Positions 62,147-64,000 of a stretch of 64,000 nt of DNA are shown piece after piece (the first letter of the stretch is position 1; each line of letters starts with the position of its first letter). This DNA is from Batkoa obscura (Eukaryota): contig JASVEC010000010.1 of NCBI GenBank assembly GCA_030770535.1, positions 558,001-622,000 of the forward strand, written 5' to 3'. Made by a program: the position numbers and the translations under genes. The notes under the pieces were generated by a model that made no database searches, was not told where the DNA came from, and saw only the letters and a program-made list of their open reading frames with translations.

Positions 62147-62593
62147 AGTTTGCATACCCCAATGAAGAAGTATAATATTTAATCTGTTTTATTATAGAAT
62201 CTTTTAAGTTTGATATTGTAAAAATAGCTTACTAATAACAAAAATTCATTTATTGTATAGTAATTAGCACTTAAAGTGTGCTGTAAATTCAATCGATTGT
62301 ATATAAAATAAGCAATTTGAATTATTTAAATTTGGCCAGCACTGACAATTTTAAAAAACACAATGAATTTTAACAATTTTAATGAGGGAGGATTACATTA
62401 GTTTTCAAGTTTGAAATGAAATGACTTGGTCAGCGCTATAAAAAAGGCAAATTCATGGTGTATTTAGACTGGCTAAGTTTATTAAAAGAGCTCCTTAAAT
62501 TTAATTTTCGAAATTCAATTTTTTAAATTTACTTTATTTTTTTAATTGTAACAAAAAGCAACATTTTACATTTGTAATTAGTACCAAGGCATC

Positions 62594-63921
62594 ATGTATA
62601 AACAGTTGAAGTCAATAAAGAATCACTTTATAAATTATATAAACAACCTAAAAACAAATCCGAAGGATATTTTGAGTAAGCATAAGCTAAGACTCATTAT
62701 AGGAAACGAGGCTGCAGGTAATTAAAGCTGTTATATCTTTATTATAAAATCACTAATGTCACCCTAGATCTTGACTCAATCGTATCCTCTATAGCCTTAG
62801 GCCTCGCTTTAAATACGCCCAAAACTCTATTTAACGATCCGGTCATCCCATCCACTTTATCCATCCCAATCATTAACATTCCACGTCAAGATATCCAGCT
62901 CCGACCTGAAGCCTTATTCTTGTTTGATTACTGTAATCTCACCTTTGATGATATCCTATTTATAAACGATGAGCCTGTATCTCAACTGATTCAATTATTG
63001 AAAAATAGCAATGTAGTAAAAGAAAATATAAAGCTTGACTTCACCCTAGTAGACCACAACATTTTAAACCCTCACTTTTCAAGCTGGCCAGCTACAGTAT
63101 CTCAAATCTTTGATCACCATCAGGATGAAAAAAAACACTTAGACGCAGATATACGTATAGTTGAACCTGTTGGATCCAATACCACACTTATCATGGAGCA
63201 GATTAAAAAGCTAATTAAACAAGGTGAAACTGAAGAAAACTTGCTCAGTTTACCAAGTTTTGCCAAGCTTTTACTTGGTCCTATTTTGGTCGATACTGTT
63301 AATTTAAAGGGCGAATATGGTAGGGTTACAGACAAAGATCGGAATGTTGCCAATGAGCTTGGTGATATTATTAAAAATGAGAGCTCAGGTGAGTTTACTT
63401 TTGATGATTATTTTAAGCAGTTAAACCAGGCTAAGAAGGAGGTTGGAAGTATGAATACGGTACAGTTGTTGAGAAGAGATTTTAAAACCTGGGAAGTGAA
63501 GAAAGGGATTAGTTTGGGTATTTCATCGATCATCAATTTTGATTTAAAAGATTGGAGGATCAGAGATAAGAAAGAGTCAGAACAGGGGGAGTACTCAAAT
63601 CTACTATCATCTTGTCAAGAGTTTTCAGAAGGATCGGATTTGACTATTTTAATAGTTCTTTTATCAAAAGAATATTCTAGTCCAGATAAGGACGATTTAT
63701 TTAGAAGAGAGATGGTTATCTACACCAAAGATAGATGCCTTTTAAAATATATTCAAAATCAATTAGAAAAGTGTGCCATCTTAGATTTAAAAAATTTAGA
63801 CTATATTAAGAATACTAAGTTCATTGAAATGAACTTCATAGGCTATGAACAGAAGAATATTTCAGCTTCTAGAAAAGTTTCCTATCCTATTATTAGAGAT
63901 ATGTTAATAAATTATAAATAA
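62594..63921 (+). CDS. PPX1: Exopolyphosphatase (DHH/Prune family); intron 62718-62768
   Basis: Spliced IIGNEAA|DLDSIVS; LVDHN; FDHH; VGSNTTL; ILVDTVNL; LLRRDFK; SASRK. Confidence 0.93.
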
Positions 63922-64000
63922 TCTTTCAAATAATGGTAAAGTTGGATATATACTGTAATCAAAAGTTAAAAGGATTTTTAAGATAAGCATAAATTATATT

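Overview
AT-rich eukaryotic genomic DNA with short GT-AG introns. The gene set points to an early-diverging fungus (Conidiobolus/Entomophthoromycota-like; this is inference). Two gene-dense housekeeping blocks (about 0.8-5.7 kb and 42.9-64 kb) hold a Pho2-like homeobox TF, ALG2, a PPN1-like phosphatase, a DUF1279 protein, MCD4, two BRAP2/ETP1 paralogs, SFA1, SCJ1, USO1, MRPL25, PPX1, tRNA-Val and tRNA-Gln. They flank a repeat-rich accessory block (about 6-42 kb) with a GH3 beta-glucosidase, a CAP protein, a 7TM receptor, thioredoxin, tRNA-Gly, three paralogous secreted proteins, PRE4 and a MedA-like TF. Highlights: (1) an intact 2.45-kb DNA transposon with GGGG termini, ATAT target duplication and a Sola2-like DDD transposase, a decayed sibling, and over 20 copies of a ~98-bp MITE sharing its termini; (2) that transposon sits 14 bp upstream of a secreted-protein ATG and apparently displaces its TATA box; (3) a head-to-head BRAP2/ETP1 pair with complementary domain decay (one keeps the RING, the other the ZnF-UBP); (4) two secreted paralogs identical only across the CDS; (5) a four-level MITE>LTR>MITE>MITE nest; (6) paired Pho4-type CACGTGGG boxes upstream of the polyphosphatase-like gene. 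Exon boundaries, alignments and counts were done by eye and need computational confirmation.
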